Assembly (NCBI GenBank): GCA_965208325.1
Contig: OZ242326.1
Location: forward strand, 1,728,001-1,792,000
DNA length: 64,000 nt
Reading direction: 5' to 3'
Source: Candidatus Poribacteria bacterium
GTDB lineage: Bacteria; Poribacteria; WGA-4E; PCPOR2b
The notes under the pieces were generated by a model, which was not told the DNA's origin, did no database searches, and was given only the letters and a program-made list of their open reading frames with translations. Positions 19,546-29,511 of the stretch are shown one piece after another; positions within the stretch are counted from its first letter, which is position 1; each line of letters starts with the position of its first letter. Made by a program: the position numbers and the translations under genes.

Positions 19546-20490
19546 TCAAACAAGCTCTGATGCGCCGCCGTGCTTGTCGAGAATTTCAGCGATGCGTTCA
19601 CAACCGAAGTGCTTCGCCCACTGCATCGGCGTTGCCTTAAATTTGGGGTCTCGAATGGAAACATCGGCACCGTGCTCAAGTAGGAAATTTACTGCCCCCA
19701 ACCGTTGTTGTTCGACATCGCTAGGATTTGCGGTTGCTCCGAAATTGCCATTGGTTGCCAGCCGATGCAGGATAGTCCACTCACCTTCTCCTAAGTCTGG
19801 TACCATTGCGTTCACGTCCACGCCGTGTTGAATAAGGTGTTCCGCAACCTGCAGCCTATTATTTAAACATGCGTACAAGAGTGCTTGACTCAGGATATTT
19901 TCGGGTGACCGCTCACACCTATAGACAGTGCCATTGCTCCGTTTCCACTCATGTCCGTATGGATCAGCAAGTGCGCCTGCTCCCGGTTTCAGGCTGCCAT
20001 CCGCTTTGAAGTAACTCTTGACCCTGTCCAAATCGCCGATACCGGCGGCAAATCGTAAGTCAATATTTGCACCCCATTCCACGAGTAACTCCGAAACCGT
20101 TGTAGATCCGAAGAATAGCGTATATGCCATCGGTACACCGTCGTTGTCCGTGCCGTTGACCGATACACCGCTCTCAAGCAGTGCGCGCACAACGTGCGGC
20201 GCATTGTAGCTGACGGCGGCGGCGAGAGGATAACCATCAAAGAAGTCAACATCGGCACCGGCTTTCAACAGTGCTTTGGCCATGGCATATTCGTTTGTTC
20301 CCGCTGGAATTTTCCCCTCATATACTGCCGCTGAGACGTGTACAAGGAACATCGGCTCGTTCAACCAGCTCGCGTCTGTAATGGGTGGATCCTGACTGAG
20401 TACCTCCGTTACTCGTTCGATATCATTGTCTTCAATTGCCCTGATTACGTCAAGAGTTAAAGGATTTTGATTTTGGTCGTTTTCTACCAT
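19546..20490 (-). CDS. Ankyrin repeat protein
   Basis: Repeated ALLKAGADVD, ALLESGVSVN, HLIQHGVDVN, FLLEHGADVS; TPMQWA. Confidence 0.88.
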   Translation of the reverse strand: MVENDQNQNPLTLDVIRAIEDNDIERVTEVLSQDPPITDASWLNEPMFLVHVSAAVYEGKIPAGTNEYAMAKALLKAGADVDFFDGYPLAAAVSYNAPHVVRALLESGVSVNGTDNDGVPMAYTLFFGSTTVSELLVEWGANIDLRFAAGIGDLDRVKSYFKADGSLKPGAGALADPYGHEWKRSNGTVYRCERSPENILSQALLYACLNNRLQVAEHLIQHGVDVNAMVPDLGEGEWTILHRLATNGNFGATANPSDVEQQRLGAVNFLLEHGADVSIRDPKFKATPMQWAKHFGCERIAEILDKHGGASELV

Positions 20491-20676
20491 GCACTCTCCG
20501 AGCAGGCTTAGAAGTCATGAAATAAAATCCCACCGGATTCCATAGCTACTCCGTTGCATTGAGAAATTCATCAATCCTAAATCGTGAGCATCGGTTGATA
20601 CAAAACAGCGGGATTACCAGTCGCTCGGTTGTCCGGCCAAAAAGCTTTAACCATTTGCAGCCTGACAAACGACACA

Positions 20677-21480
20677 CTAACGCGCAGTATCCCATGCCTC
20701 ATACCATTCCGTAACGGCATCAAGATCGGCGGCTTCGCGATACAATAGTCGCGACCGTACAGAGATTTGTTCCCCGGAACTCACATTTTCGCCAATTAGC
20801 GAGAATGCTTGCCCGATCGGGAACATGTTGACCGAAATCGCGGGGCATCTCATAAGTTCGATCATTTGAATCAGAACGAACTTGGTGCTTTCACTCCTAT
20901 AAACTATCACTGGCAGCGAATACTTCCGTCCGTCGTCGTTGGCACAGCGGCCGTAATTTTGAAGCCAATCCCACCGCCCATCCAGCATAAGCACGGATGC
21001 CTCGTCATCGCGCGTAAAAAAGAGTTGTTCATTCGGTTGAAAATGTGGTCGTATCCACTCCTGGCCGACATTAAGTAAGGGGGCGTACTGCTCATCGAAG
21101 TAGGAAGAGACGATGGCTTCAAAACCCCCGTAGCCGCGAGAAAACTTAAAATCGAAAGTCACATCAATACAGTCATCGGGTTGAAAATCGTAGGTCAACA
21201 CCGTATGGATGTTCCACGCGTCCATGTCGTCGAAGTCTACAGACAGCACACCTTCATCAACTTCATAGTACGATTCAACGATGGGGATAAAAAATCTCAA
21301 CCTATCGCTACTTGAAAGGTAGAGTTCAAGGTTGATAGCGCACATTCCAAAGCGAGTGATTGGCGTGCCGTTTACCTCAAGGAAAAGTCCGTTACCGGTG
21401 CCGCGCGGATGTATGACTCCGTTCAGCCTCTTCAATTGAAATCCGTAGCCGCCATTTTCGTTTAACTTCAAAACCGACAT
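20677..21480 (-). CDS. Hypothetical protein (beta-rich)
   Basis: About 267-codon ORF with AGGAG RBS in a minus-strand run; no family recognised. Confidence 0.7.
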   Translation of the reverse strand: MSVLKLNENGGYGFQLKRLNGVIHPRGTGNGLFLEVNGTPITRFGMCAINLELYLSSSDRLRFFIPIVESYYEVDEGVLSVDFDDMDAWNIHTVLTYDFQPDDCIDVTFDFKFSRGYGGFEAIVSSYFDEQYAPLLNVGQEWIRPHFQPNEQLFFTRDDEASVLMLDGRWDWLQNYGRCANDDGRKYSLPVIVYRSESTKFVLIQMIELMRCPAISVNMFPIGQAFSLIGENVSSGEQISVRSRLLYREAADLDAVTEWYEAWDTAR

Positions 21481-21555
21481 CAATCAACTCCTTCATATCC
21501 AGAATCACAAATGTGTTACTAGTATTGAATCATCAATGGCTTTTCTTTTGAGAAT

Positions 21556-22044
21556 TCACAACTCACGAATTTCTGCTTCCAGTGAATCAAGTTCCACAAT
21601 CGCTGCGGTACACCTGCCGGTTGTCCAACCGCCGGTCTCGCCGGGGTTAAGAAGTAGTGAACATTGTCTGCGAATATCCACCTCATGGGTATGCCCATAA
21701 ATGACGATGTCGTATCGGCCGCTTTTCGCGATGGGTTCGGCAAGTTCGGGGTAGTGGGTCGCCGCTATCGTGCGCCCTTCAATTTCAATGATGGCGAGAT
21801 TTGGGTGAATCTCACCGATGGCTTCAAATTGTCTGGCAATGCCAATACGCTCCCCGTCGTTATTACCGAAGACGCCGACGACACGGCATTTCAGGTTATG
21901 CAACGCTGCTACCGCAAATGGGGCAACAAAATCTCCGGCGTGAATCACTAACGCAACCGCTTCATCGTTGAATAACTCCACAGCATTATCAATCATGGGT
22001 ACATTGTCGTGGCTATCGGAAAGAACGCCGATTTTCATCGTCAT
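21556..22044 (-). CDS. Calcineurin-like metallophosphoesterase (YfcE/MJ0936 family)
   Basis: SDSH, HAGD, GNND, YGHTH, NPG. Confidence 0.92.
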   Translation of the reverse strand: MTMKIGVLSDSHDNVPMIDNAVELFNDEAVALVIHAGDFVAPFAVAALHNLKCRVVGVFGNNDGERIGIARQFEAIGEIHPNLAIIEIEGRTIAATHYPELAEPIAKSGRYDIVIYGHTHEVDIRRQCSLLLNPGETGGWTTGRCTAAIVELDSLEAEIREL

Positions 22045-22131
22045 CTCCTGAATTTTGCGCGGATAATGGCTCAGACATCAATTAATCGGGTTTCCGCGTT
22101 TTATTGCAAATCGGTTGTGCGGCCATCGCCG

Positions 22132-22920
22132 TTATGTCCAAGCCCCTTTCGCCATCAGACCGCCGTCCACGCATACGTACTCCCCCGTCATGAAAGAAGC
22201 CTTGCCGCTGGCGAGGAACAGCACTGCATGGGCGATATCCTCGGGTTGTCCAATGCGCCCAATCGGGTGCGCTGTTGCAAGTTTCGCTCTCAATTCCGCC
22301 TCGCCGCCCTCAATGATTTCCAGCGATTCCGCAACCAACGGCGTGTCGATTGTTCCGGGGTTGACCGCCAGTACCCTAATGTTGTCTTCGGCATACTCTA
22401 GGGCTAACTGGCGGGTCAGAGACAGGATGCCGCCCTTGCTAGCCGCATAAGCCGGTACTCCCTTCATGGATTGTAGTCCTTGTACGCTGGCGGTGTTGAC
22501 GATTACTCCGCCGCCGTGTTTTTTCATCTCCGGGATACACGCCTTCGTCATCAAGAAAAAGCTTTTGAGGTTCACATCGATTATTCGGTCCCACAACGCC
22601 TCGGGGAGTTCATGGGCTGGTAAATAGCTGCTCGCCGGCTGGATACCAACGTTGTTGCAAAGAATGTCTACGCCGTCCCATGCCGACACCGTTGCCTCGA
22701 CCAGCGCCTCACATTCGCAGCCTTGCGATACGTCAGTTTGGCGGAAGCGGATGGTGCCAGCTAGCGCCTTGCATGCGGCGGAAAGTTCGGCGCCGGCACT
22801 TTCGTCCACGTCTGCGCACATCACTTGGGCGCCTGCCTCGGCAAAAGCCATGCAAATACCTCGTCCAATACCCTTGGCGCCGCCTGTTACAATTACCGCT
22901 TTATCCTTGAAATCTGACAT
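22132..22920 (-). CDS. Short-chain dehydrogenase/reductase
   Basis: TGGAKGIG, NNVGI, YAASK, NPGTIDT, VDGG. Confidence 0.94.
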   Translation of the reverse strand: MSDFKDKAVIVTGGAKGIGRGICMAFAEAGAQVMCADVDESAGAELSAACKALAGTIRFRQTDVSQGCECEALVEATVSAWDGVDILCNNVGIQPASSYLPAHELPEALWDRIIDVNLKSFFLMTKACIPEMKKHGGGVIVNTASVQGLQSMKGVPAYAASKGGILSLTRQLALEYAEDNIRVLAVNPGTIDTPLVAESLEIIEGGEAELRAKLATAHPIGRIGQPEDIAHAVLFLASGKASFMTGEYVCVDGGLMAKGAWT

Positions 22921-23003
22921 AATCTACATTCCTTCTGCAGGTAAAGAGGCAAATGCTCATGCTAAATTTTGGAATCAGCCCGTAGCCACCACCCAAAAGA
23001 GAA

Positions 23004-24176
23004 TTATGGCGAAAACTCAGCAACGACAACTGTAACATCATCGTCAAACGCTTGTCCTCCGCGATAATCCTTAAGTTCCTCATACATGCGGGCAATCATT
23101 TCGCTAGGCGCCTGGGCGGCGTATTTGTACAGGAAACTCTCCAATGCATCGCCGCCAAATATCTGTTCATGCCGGTTTTGGGTTTCGATGACGCCATCAG
23201 AATACAGAAACAGTCGGTCACCGTGCTCCCATTTCACCGTCATCTCCGCCGGGCGTTGACGAAGAAGGGTTCCCAAAGGAAGCGAGTCAATCTCCAGTGT
23301 TGTCCATCTACGCTCGTCGCGCCGGTACAAATAGGGGTACGGGTGACCGGCGTTGGTCAATGTAAAGGTACCGTCGGCGGGGTTGAGTATCATGTAGGAA
23401 AACGTCATCAGAAGGCGGGTGTGGCGGTAGTTTCGCACGACTTTGTTTAAAGCAACGTGAACCGACTCGGGCGACGCGTCCCGCTCCGCCTGAAAGTGCA
23501 AGGCGCTGCTGACAATTGCAACTAACAGGCTGGAATGAAACCCGTGTCCGGCAACGTCACCAATTGCGACGCTGACGCACCCATCGGGCAATGGGAAATA
23601 GTCATAATAATCGCCGCCAACTACCGCAGCCGGTTGGCTTCTTCCGGTGAGGTGAACCCAATCCAGCGTCAGGTTGCCGCTGGGCAGCATCGCGGCCTGA
23701 ATCTCATGTGCGCGCTGGAGGTTATATTGGAGTTGTTCTTGTTCGTGGAGGATGGCGGCGCGCTGTTGCGTATCGCTCCGAATCTTCTGAACTAGCAGCC
23801 GGAGTAACGCACTCACAATCTGCGGTGAGGTCGTCAAGGCACGATGGAAATCCTCGCGGTAGAGTTTTAGGAGTACAGCATCAGTTATTGCCTCAACCGT
23901 GGCGCTGCGTGGAGAATCATCTAACAACGCTAATTCGCCCACATATTCCCCGGGCTCTCTCGTCCCGATTAGTACGCTGCCCGAATGAATCCCAAGCCTA
24001 CCTTCTAAAATTAAGAAAAGGCCATCACCAGGTTCCCCCGCGTTAAAAAGAGCCGTTCCCGCAGACAGCCGCACCTCTTCCATCTTATCCCAGATGGAGG
24101 AGAGTATTTCGCTCGGCGCATGGGCGAACAACTCCATCGCCTTTAGGGTGTCCAAAGACTCCTTCGATTGCAACAC
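23004..24176 (-). CDS. Cyclic-nucleotide-binding domain fused to a SpoIIE/PP2C phosphatase
   Basis: GEYVGELAL..PRSATV; GGDYYD, GDVAGHG, NAGHP, YSDGV, DDVT. Confidence 0.92.
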   Translation of the reverse strand: MLQSKESLDTLKAMELFAHAPSEILSSIWDKMEEVRLSAGTALFNAGEPGDGLFLILEGRLGIHSGSVLIGTREPGEYVGELALLDDSPRSATVEAITDAVLLKLYREDFHRALTTSPQIVSALLRLLVQKIRSDTQQRAAILHEQEQLQYNLQRAHEIQAAMLPSGNLTLDWVHLTGRSQPAAVVGGDYYDYFPLPDGCVSVAIGDVAGHGFHSSLLVAIVSSALHFQAERDASPESVHVALNKVVRNYRHTRLLMTFSYMILNPADGTFTLTNAGHPYPYLYRRDERRWTTLEIDSLPLGTLLRQRPAEMTVKWEHGDRLFLYSDGVIETQNRHEQIFGGDALESFLYKYAAQAPSEMIARMYEELKDYRGGQAFDDDVTVVVAEFSP

Positions 24177-24430
24177 GGTGTTCTCCCCGCTGTTCTTGTG
24201 AACAAAATTTTATCAACTAGCCGAACACGTGTCAATAAGAAACAACCCTTGGCTAGCACACAAATTTTCGCGATTCATATTGGAAGTTAGACATTTTTTC
24301 ATAGTGGGTTGTATGCGGGATAACACCGAAATGATGGGAAATCGAGCCGTGGAGAAAACCTCGAATTAGCGGGTGGTAAGCAATAGTTTTGGATAAGCGA
24401 ACTCTATGCGTTTTGTCCGGCTGTGGCAAG

Positions 24431-24802
24431 TTAACGTCCGTGAATCCGCTGGCGGTAGAGCAAATCCATCAACTTCTTGACATCGTCGTTATCCGGTTCT
24501 AAACGCATCACCTTCTCGCCTTCAGCGATTGCTGCATCAAGGTTGCCTACGTTGTAATATGCCCAGCCGAGGGCGGCGTGGATAACGGCGGAATGCGGAT
24601 TTAAGCGCAGCGCATGTCTGTATTGTTCGATTGCCTTGTGAAATTGATTCTCCTTAATATAAATGTTGCCCTGTTCAAAGTATAGGTTGCCATATCCCGT
24701 TGTCATCGGTTCGCCCGCTTGTTGCGAGCGGTATGCGTTACCGCATCCAGCCAGCATAACAGCGCAAACCATAAACGCAGTGGTATACCGCATTTCTTTC
24801 AT
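24431..24802 (-). CDS. Small TPR lipoprotein
   Basis: Lipobox LAGC after a hydrophobic stretch; TPR helices (AIEQYRHALRLNP, LGWAYY); start 24802 or 24793. Confidence 0.8.
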   Translation of the reverse strand: MKEMRYTTAFMVCAVMLAGCGNAYRSQQAGEPMTTGYGNLYFEQGNIYIKENQFHKAIEQYRHALRLNPHSAVIHAALGWAYYNVGNLDAAIAEGEKVMRLEPDNDDVKKLMDLLYRQRIHGR

Positions 24803-25154
24803 ATGGATCCCCGCGCCAATACACAGTATATTCACAAACCTTTCCGCAGAGAACCTAGCACTCACAAGGAATCTACGTTCGTTCGTTTAATGCTGACCGG
24901 AAGTCTACAGTAGTCGCGAACCTACCACACCCGGTGTTATGCATCCCTACGGCTGTCAATGCTAGCACCCGCGTGTCAGCATGACTAGGCGCGTGAAACA
25001 CCCAAGCAAGAGTATACACAAGGAACTCAGCGTTTAATGGACGCACTAACAGTAAAGCGTTGAAAGAGAAATGAAAGCGCCTTCAAGCTAATCTCAGTGT
25101 AGGAAGTGCTTTACACGTAACGATTGCGATCTAAAACGACGCAATGCGAAAAGA

Positions 25155-25772
25155 TTAGTATACGTCCGACCCCTTAAGCGGCAGCGGTACGGCCCAAACA
25201 TCACGATACCGCACCTCATCACCATGATACTGCAGCAATAGCGGACCGGGCTCTAAAATATCTTCGTCCACCGCACCTGCCGAGGTGCTCGGAATATGGA
25301 CGTTGTTCTGAATTACCAACCCGTTTTGCAACACAGTTACTCGAGCCGCCTCTACCTGATTGCCCGAATCATCGACTCGCGGCGCCCGGAAAATTACATC
25401 GTACGTTTGCCACTGAAGCGGCGGTTTGCATGCATTCACTAATGAAGCGTGTTCGTTATAAACTGCACCGCAGTCGCCCATGCCGGGTACTTCAATGCCG
25501 TAAGAATCCAACACCTGAATTTCGTATCGGCCTTGCAGGAATACCCCGCTGTTGCCCTTCGCTTGACCAGTTGCCTCCGGCATATCGGGAGTCATAAACT
25601 GCAGGTGCAGCATGAAGTCTGTAAATTTTTCCTCGGTTAGAATATCGGCGTCACAGGTGGTCATCGCACCGTCTGCGATCGCCCAAGTCGCTGGCGAACC
25701 ATTGCGTTGCGTCCAATTGTCAACGTCTTGGCCGTTAAAAAGAACAACTGCTGAATCTGGTGCTTGTAGCAT
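25155..25772 (-). CDS. DUF1080 (3-keto-glycoside hydrolase/hydratase-like) protein
   Basis: LFNG, GNSGVFL, YEIQVLDS, WQTYDV, LQYHG..VRYR. Confidence 0.9.
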   Translation of the reverse strand: MLQAPDSAVVLFNGQDVDNWTQRNGSPATWAIADGAMTTCDADILTEEKFTDFMLHLQFMTPDMPEATGQAKGNSGVFLQGRYEIQVLDSYGIEVPGMGDCGAVYNEHASLVNACKPPLQWQTYDVIFRAPRVDDSGNQVEAARVTVLQNGLVIQNNVHIPSTSAGAVDEDILEPGPLLLQYHGDEVRYRDVWAVPLPLKGSDVY

Positions 25773-25915
25773 TGTCGCGTTCCTTTCTTGATTAGAGGTT
25801 TATCAGTTTTGAACCACGTATTCCCAACGCTGGCCCGCAAGCGGCGCGGGCATGTAACGCGTTTCCTCAAAAATCGGATGACCCGACCCAATGCCTATTC
25901 CTCGCTGCATTGAAA

Positions 25916-26623
25916 TCATGGGGAATCCACGGATTTCGTTTGTTGCAACACTTGGTGGTTAAGAATCCGCTGCCGGTCTACAGATCGTAGGAAGGGTTCT
26001 GCTTTGTGCACGAAGTCCTTCAGGGTCTGTTCTACGGTTAAGTTCGTTGTATCTATCGTAATTTTTGCATCGAATAGCGAATTCGTGAAATGTTCTTCGA
26101 AATGATCCAGTACAATCTCTATATCACTCTCTTTTATCGGGCAGTTCGGGAGTGGATTCCGGTGCATACGCTCACGGATGACGTCTGGTGACGCCTTCAC
26201 CAGCGTCAAGAGCATTTCCGGTACCAACGCCTTTACCTCATGCTCAACAAACTGAGCAAGCCACTGGTGACCTGGTTCCCACGATGATTTAAAGTCGCCG
26301 TAATATAGCGGGCCATACACAGCGTCGGCATAATACCAGTTAACCAGAAAGAAATCGTCGCCTCGAAGAAGGTGCGGCTGTAGGTGGTAAAGGAATTGGA
26401 AACGCTGAAATTTCTCGACCAGCGAGGGAACCGTTTTGAGGAGTTCAATGATAGCCTCATTCTCCGCTTGGCTATCGGGCCCTTGGCCGACGTTTGGCAA
26501 CACGAAGTGGTCGTGCCAATACGGATATGCGATAGGCCCCATCATTTCCTCATGCCATCTTGTGATGCCTTGGGCAAGCGTCGTCTTGCCTGTATATTCG
26601 CACCCGATGATGAGAATTTGCAT
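25916..26623 (-). CDS. P-loop kinase, nucleoside monophosphate kinase-like fold
   Basis: ILIIGCEYTGKTTLA Walker A; ASPDVIRERM lid-like segment; IDTT; ATG 26623 after AGGAG. Confidence 0.75.
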   Translation of the reverse strand: MQILIIGCEYTGKTTLAQGITRWHEEMMGPIAYPYWHDHFVLPNVGQGPDSQAENEAIIELLKTVPSLVEKFQRFQFLYHLQPHLLRGDDFFLVNWYYADAVYGPLYYGDFKSSWEPGHQWLAQFVEHEVKALVPEMLLTLVKASPDVIRERMHRNPLPNCPIKESDIEIVLDHFEEHFTNSLFDAKITIDTTNLTVEQTLKDFVHKAEPFLRSVDRQRILNHQVLQQTKSVDSP

Positions 26624-26727
26624 TTGCAATCTCCTTATTCTGATTTAGGGTTTCTATACCTCGCCACAAGATAATTTGGCTCTTCAGGGTTTAGTGAGAA
26701 AATGGAATTAATTTAGAACTTGACACG

Positions 26728-26750
26728 TTAGGAGCGATCTCCGAATCGCG
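26728..26750 (+). repeat. REP-like palindrome
   Basis: TTAGGA-GCGAT-CTCCGA-ATCGC-G; similar copy at 59623-59645. Confidence 0.5.
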
Positions 26751-26814
26751 GCACATTCGCTCAAAACCCGCTCCAATTCAAGACCTGACTCCATTCTGAC
26801 TTCGTCAAATCATA

Positions 26815-29271
26815 TCAGAGGTTATCAACGTCGTTTTGACGCTTTCCGGCCGCCTGAATAATACGGTCAACCAACCCGTTCGATGCGCAGAACGCAGAAA
26901 TGTCCTTGCCCTCCATAGCCGCCGGCAACGCCCAAAGCATCAAGTTCTGAACATAGTGCGCACCAAACAACCGGTCGCCGTTATCGCCGCGTACGAGATT
27001 CGGCAAGTTCCAGGTAGACAGCGTGTTGATGGTAAGATTATGAATACACCGGCGCGCCAGTTCCAGGCCAAAATCCTTATCCCCCTCGTACATGTAAGTC
27101 ATCGCAAGCATGAACAGCTCGGGCGTGAAATAGGCAGTTGGGCCATATCCCAAACCCTGGGAAAGACTTCCGTCTGGACGAGAAAAATTCAATGCGCCAT
27201 AGGGGGTCAACGCCGCGCAAGTGTTTTTGATTGTCTCCAGAGTTTCCTTGACTCGGTCCGATCGAAAAACGCCCGGCAACCCGTGGAATCTTGCCATCCA
27301 CTGCCCGTCAAGTTGATACCCAAATACATCATCTGATTTTCGGCCGGTTTTGGGCTCATTGTAGCTCAAGTAATATGACCCTGCCCACATCTTGTCTTCC
27401 ATCGATTGACTCCCTTGCTCAAGCCAATCTTTGCATTGCCGGGCAAACTCGTCATCACCTACCTGCTCTGCCAGCCGTAGCGCCATTCTCAAATTCGCTA
27501 GGTGGATGCCTCCCACGTGGGATGTCATCCCAAACCACAATACCGCTTCAAACCATTCGAGGTGGTGTCCCGGCGGCTGATTAGGTCCGTACGGATCCAA
27601 ATTCCCACTCGGTACACTGATGATACCGTCGGCGCCATCCTCTGGCCTGAGGTTCATCGTGTAGATTGTATTTTTCTTAATGGATGGGTAGAACTCTGCA
27701 AGGATTCCCTTGTCGCCCGTGCGGAGCAGGTATCGGTCAACTAAATCAACGTAGCACGGCCCATTGGTCGTCGTCTGATATCCCGGTGTTGGCATCGCAA
27801 ACTCGGCGCCCATCGTCGGCTCGTAGCCGCCTATAGCAGCGCCCACAACGCCGCCAAATATCCACGGCGCTGCGCCATTCGCAAACTGGTAGGCTTTGTA
27901 GCCGCGCAGCGTTGAAAGGGCGAGATCGGGGAAAAAGAAAACGAGAGGTGCATTGGCGTAAAAGGTGTCGGGGATAGGCTCAACGGCTGGATTCTCCGTG
28001 ATCCCATCAATCAGCCCAAACAGCCCTTCCTCCGGGTGACACCACGGTCCAATCGGAGGGCGCGCCGCTGCCCACAGGCCGTTGATAGCGAATAGGTGAA
28101 GTATATTTATCAGCGAATCTTGGAGCCAATTCGGGAGGTTCGCCTCCGTATAGATAACCTCCTGCCACGCTAGGACGCGCCGCAAAAGAGAGTCGTGTTC
28201 GCGGCTTAGAAATTGAGCCGCATCAAGGGCACTCTTGTACCGGGTAGTGTACATGTGCGTGAATGTGTGCGGACCTTCTCCTATCCACATGGGCGCATAC
28301 CATGCAAGCACAAACCGAACGACTTTTTCCTCTCCCGGCGGCAGTTGGTAGCCGACGGAAATCGAACCGCTAAAGTCCGTTTCACCGGGTTCGGGAAGTT
28401 CAGAGCCAATTTTCGCCCAAGCTTTACCGCTGCTCATAGACGGGCTCCGAATCGCCAATCCGCCGCCGATTTCGATTTCCGCCTCACCAACTACACCGAG
28501 TGCGTAGCCGATTTCTGGAACCTTTTCCGATGTAACAACCAACCCGGTAAATTCTCCGTGTACGGTTTGCCGCTCCGCCTTCACCGGTTCCGGCGCAAGT
28601 GCAATCCACGTATGGCCGTACGGCATCCGTGCTTTTTCACGCGGGCTGTGCGCTTCAATCTGGGCTTCAGCCTGGGTCGGTCCAGGAAAACTGAAAGCTA
28701 ATCGCCCCTCCTGCGCCGTGTCCGTCACATTTCGGAGATGTACTTCAAACACGATTCCGGGAGTGTTGGTGGCGCCAGAGTCTCCGGGGAGAAACGGCAC
28801 CCAGGCGCGCAGTCCAACATTGACAGGCGATCCCGGCATCTCGTATTCCAGGTCCGCCACGGGATAATGACCCCAATAATGGATTTCACGCGGCGTTTGG
28901 ATGCCAAACCACATGTAACCGCCGTACGCTTCCCGTGGATCGCTAAGCAACCAGACCTGTTCACCTACTGTCATGCCAAGAAACGGCAGTTCCAGCGGAC
29001 CGCCTTCGGGACAGATGGAGTTAAAAATCGTGCAGTATCCGAAGGTTGCATCCGTGTTCAAATCGAGTCGTCCTGTGTCAATCCCGCCTAAAGGCATCCC
29101 GTTCTCGATTCGCTGTTTGCGTCTGTATATCACCCCGCATGCAGGTTCGCTAAATCCGTCCGCCGGGAATTGTGACCACTCAAGCACCGGTGCATCTGTA
29201 GAAAAAAGCCTCCGGTTGTTCCGATGACCGGAATTTCCTCCGTGCATACCCGCTATTGCAGTTGTGTTCAC
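26815..29271 (-). CDS. Glycoside hydrolase family 116 (GBA2-like)
   Basis: GMPLGGIDTG, WGHYPVADLEY, VRFVLAWY, YQLDGQW; 818 aa. Confidence 0.85.
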   Translation of the reverse strand: MNTTAIAGMHGGNSGHRNNRRLFSTDAPVLEWSQFPADGFSEPACGVIYRRKQRIENGMPLGGIDTGRLDLNTDATFGYCTIFNSICPEGGPLELPFLGMTVGEQVWLLSDPREAYGGYMWFGIQTPREIHYWGHYPVADLEYEMPGSPVNVGLRAWVPFLPGDSGATNTPGIVFEVHLRNVTDTAQEGRLAFSFPGPTQAEAQIEAHSPREKARMPYGHTWIALAPEPVKAERQTVHGEFTGLVVTSEKVPEIGYALGVVGEAEIEIGGGLAIRSPSMSSGKAWAKIGSELPEPGETDFSGSISVGYQLPPGEEKVVRFVLAWYAPMWIGEGPHTFTHMYTTRYKSALDAAQFLSREHDSLLRRVLAWQEVIYTEANLPNWLQDSLINILHLFAINGLWAAARPPIGPWCHPEEGLFGLIDGITENPAVEPIPDTFYANAPLVFFFPDLALSTLRGYKAYQFANGAAPWIFGGVVGAAIGGYEPTMGAEFAMPTPGYQTTTNGPCYVDLVDRYLLRTGDKGILAEFYPSIKKNTIYTMNLRPEDGADGIISVPSGNLDPYGPNQPPGHHLEWFEAVLWFGMTSHVGGIHLANLRMALRLAEQVGDDEFARQCKDWLEQGSQSMEDKMWAGSYYLSYNEPKTGRKSDDVFGYQLDGQWMARFHGLPGVFRSDRVKETLETIKNTCAALTPYGALNFSRPDGSLSQGLGYGPTAYFTPELFMLAMTYMYEGDKDFGLELARRCIHNLTINTLSTWNLPNLVRGDNGDRLFGAHYVQNLMLWALPAAMEGKDISAFCASNGLVDRIIQAAGKRQNDVDNL

Positions 29272-29396
29272 TTGTTGTTCTCCATTTACCTCATAAATTT
29301 TCCACTAGAATCGGCAAGAGTCCTAATGCACTTTAACTCCGATTTCACACGGCATCAAGGATATTGTCATTTCCACTCATATTTGCACATTTTTCC

Positions 29397-29423
29397 GCAG
29401 GCGCGGTTGCCAACCGCACTTAC
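29397..29423. repeat. Degenerate REP-like palindrome
   Basis: GCAG-GCGCGGTT-GCC-AACCGCAC-TTAC. Confidence 0.5.
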
Positions 29424-29511
29424 GGACTGGATAAACACCGGTTCGCATAGGAAACCGAACCTGGCGCAGTGCAAAAATACAAGTTGATTTTACTATAACC
29501 GCCGAATTTGT

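Noticed and set aside
24841..25060. Glycine or c-di-GMP riboswitch
   Set aside because: Only short motif fragments match and the core consensus elements are missing; kept only as an unassigned structure
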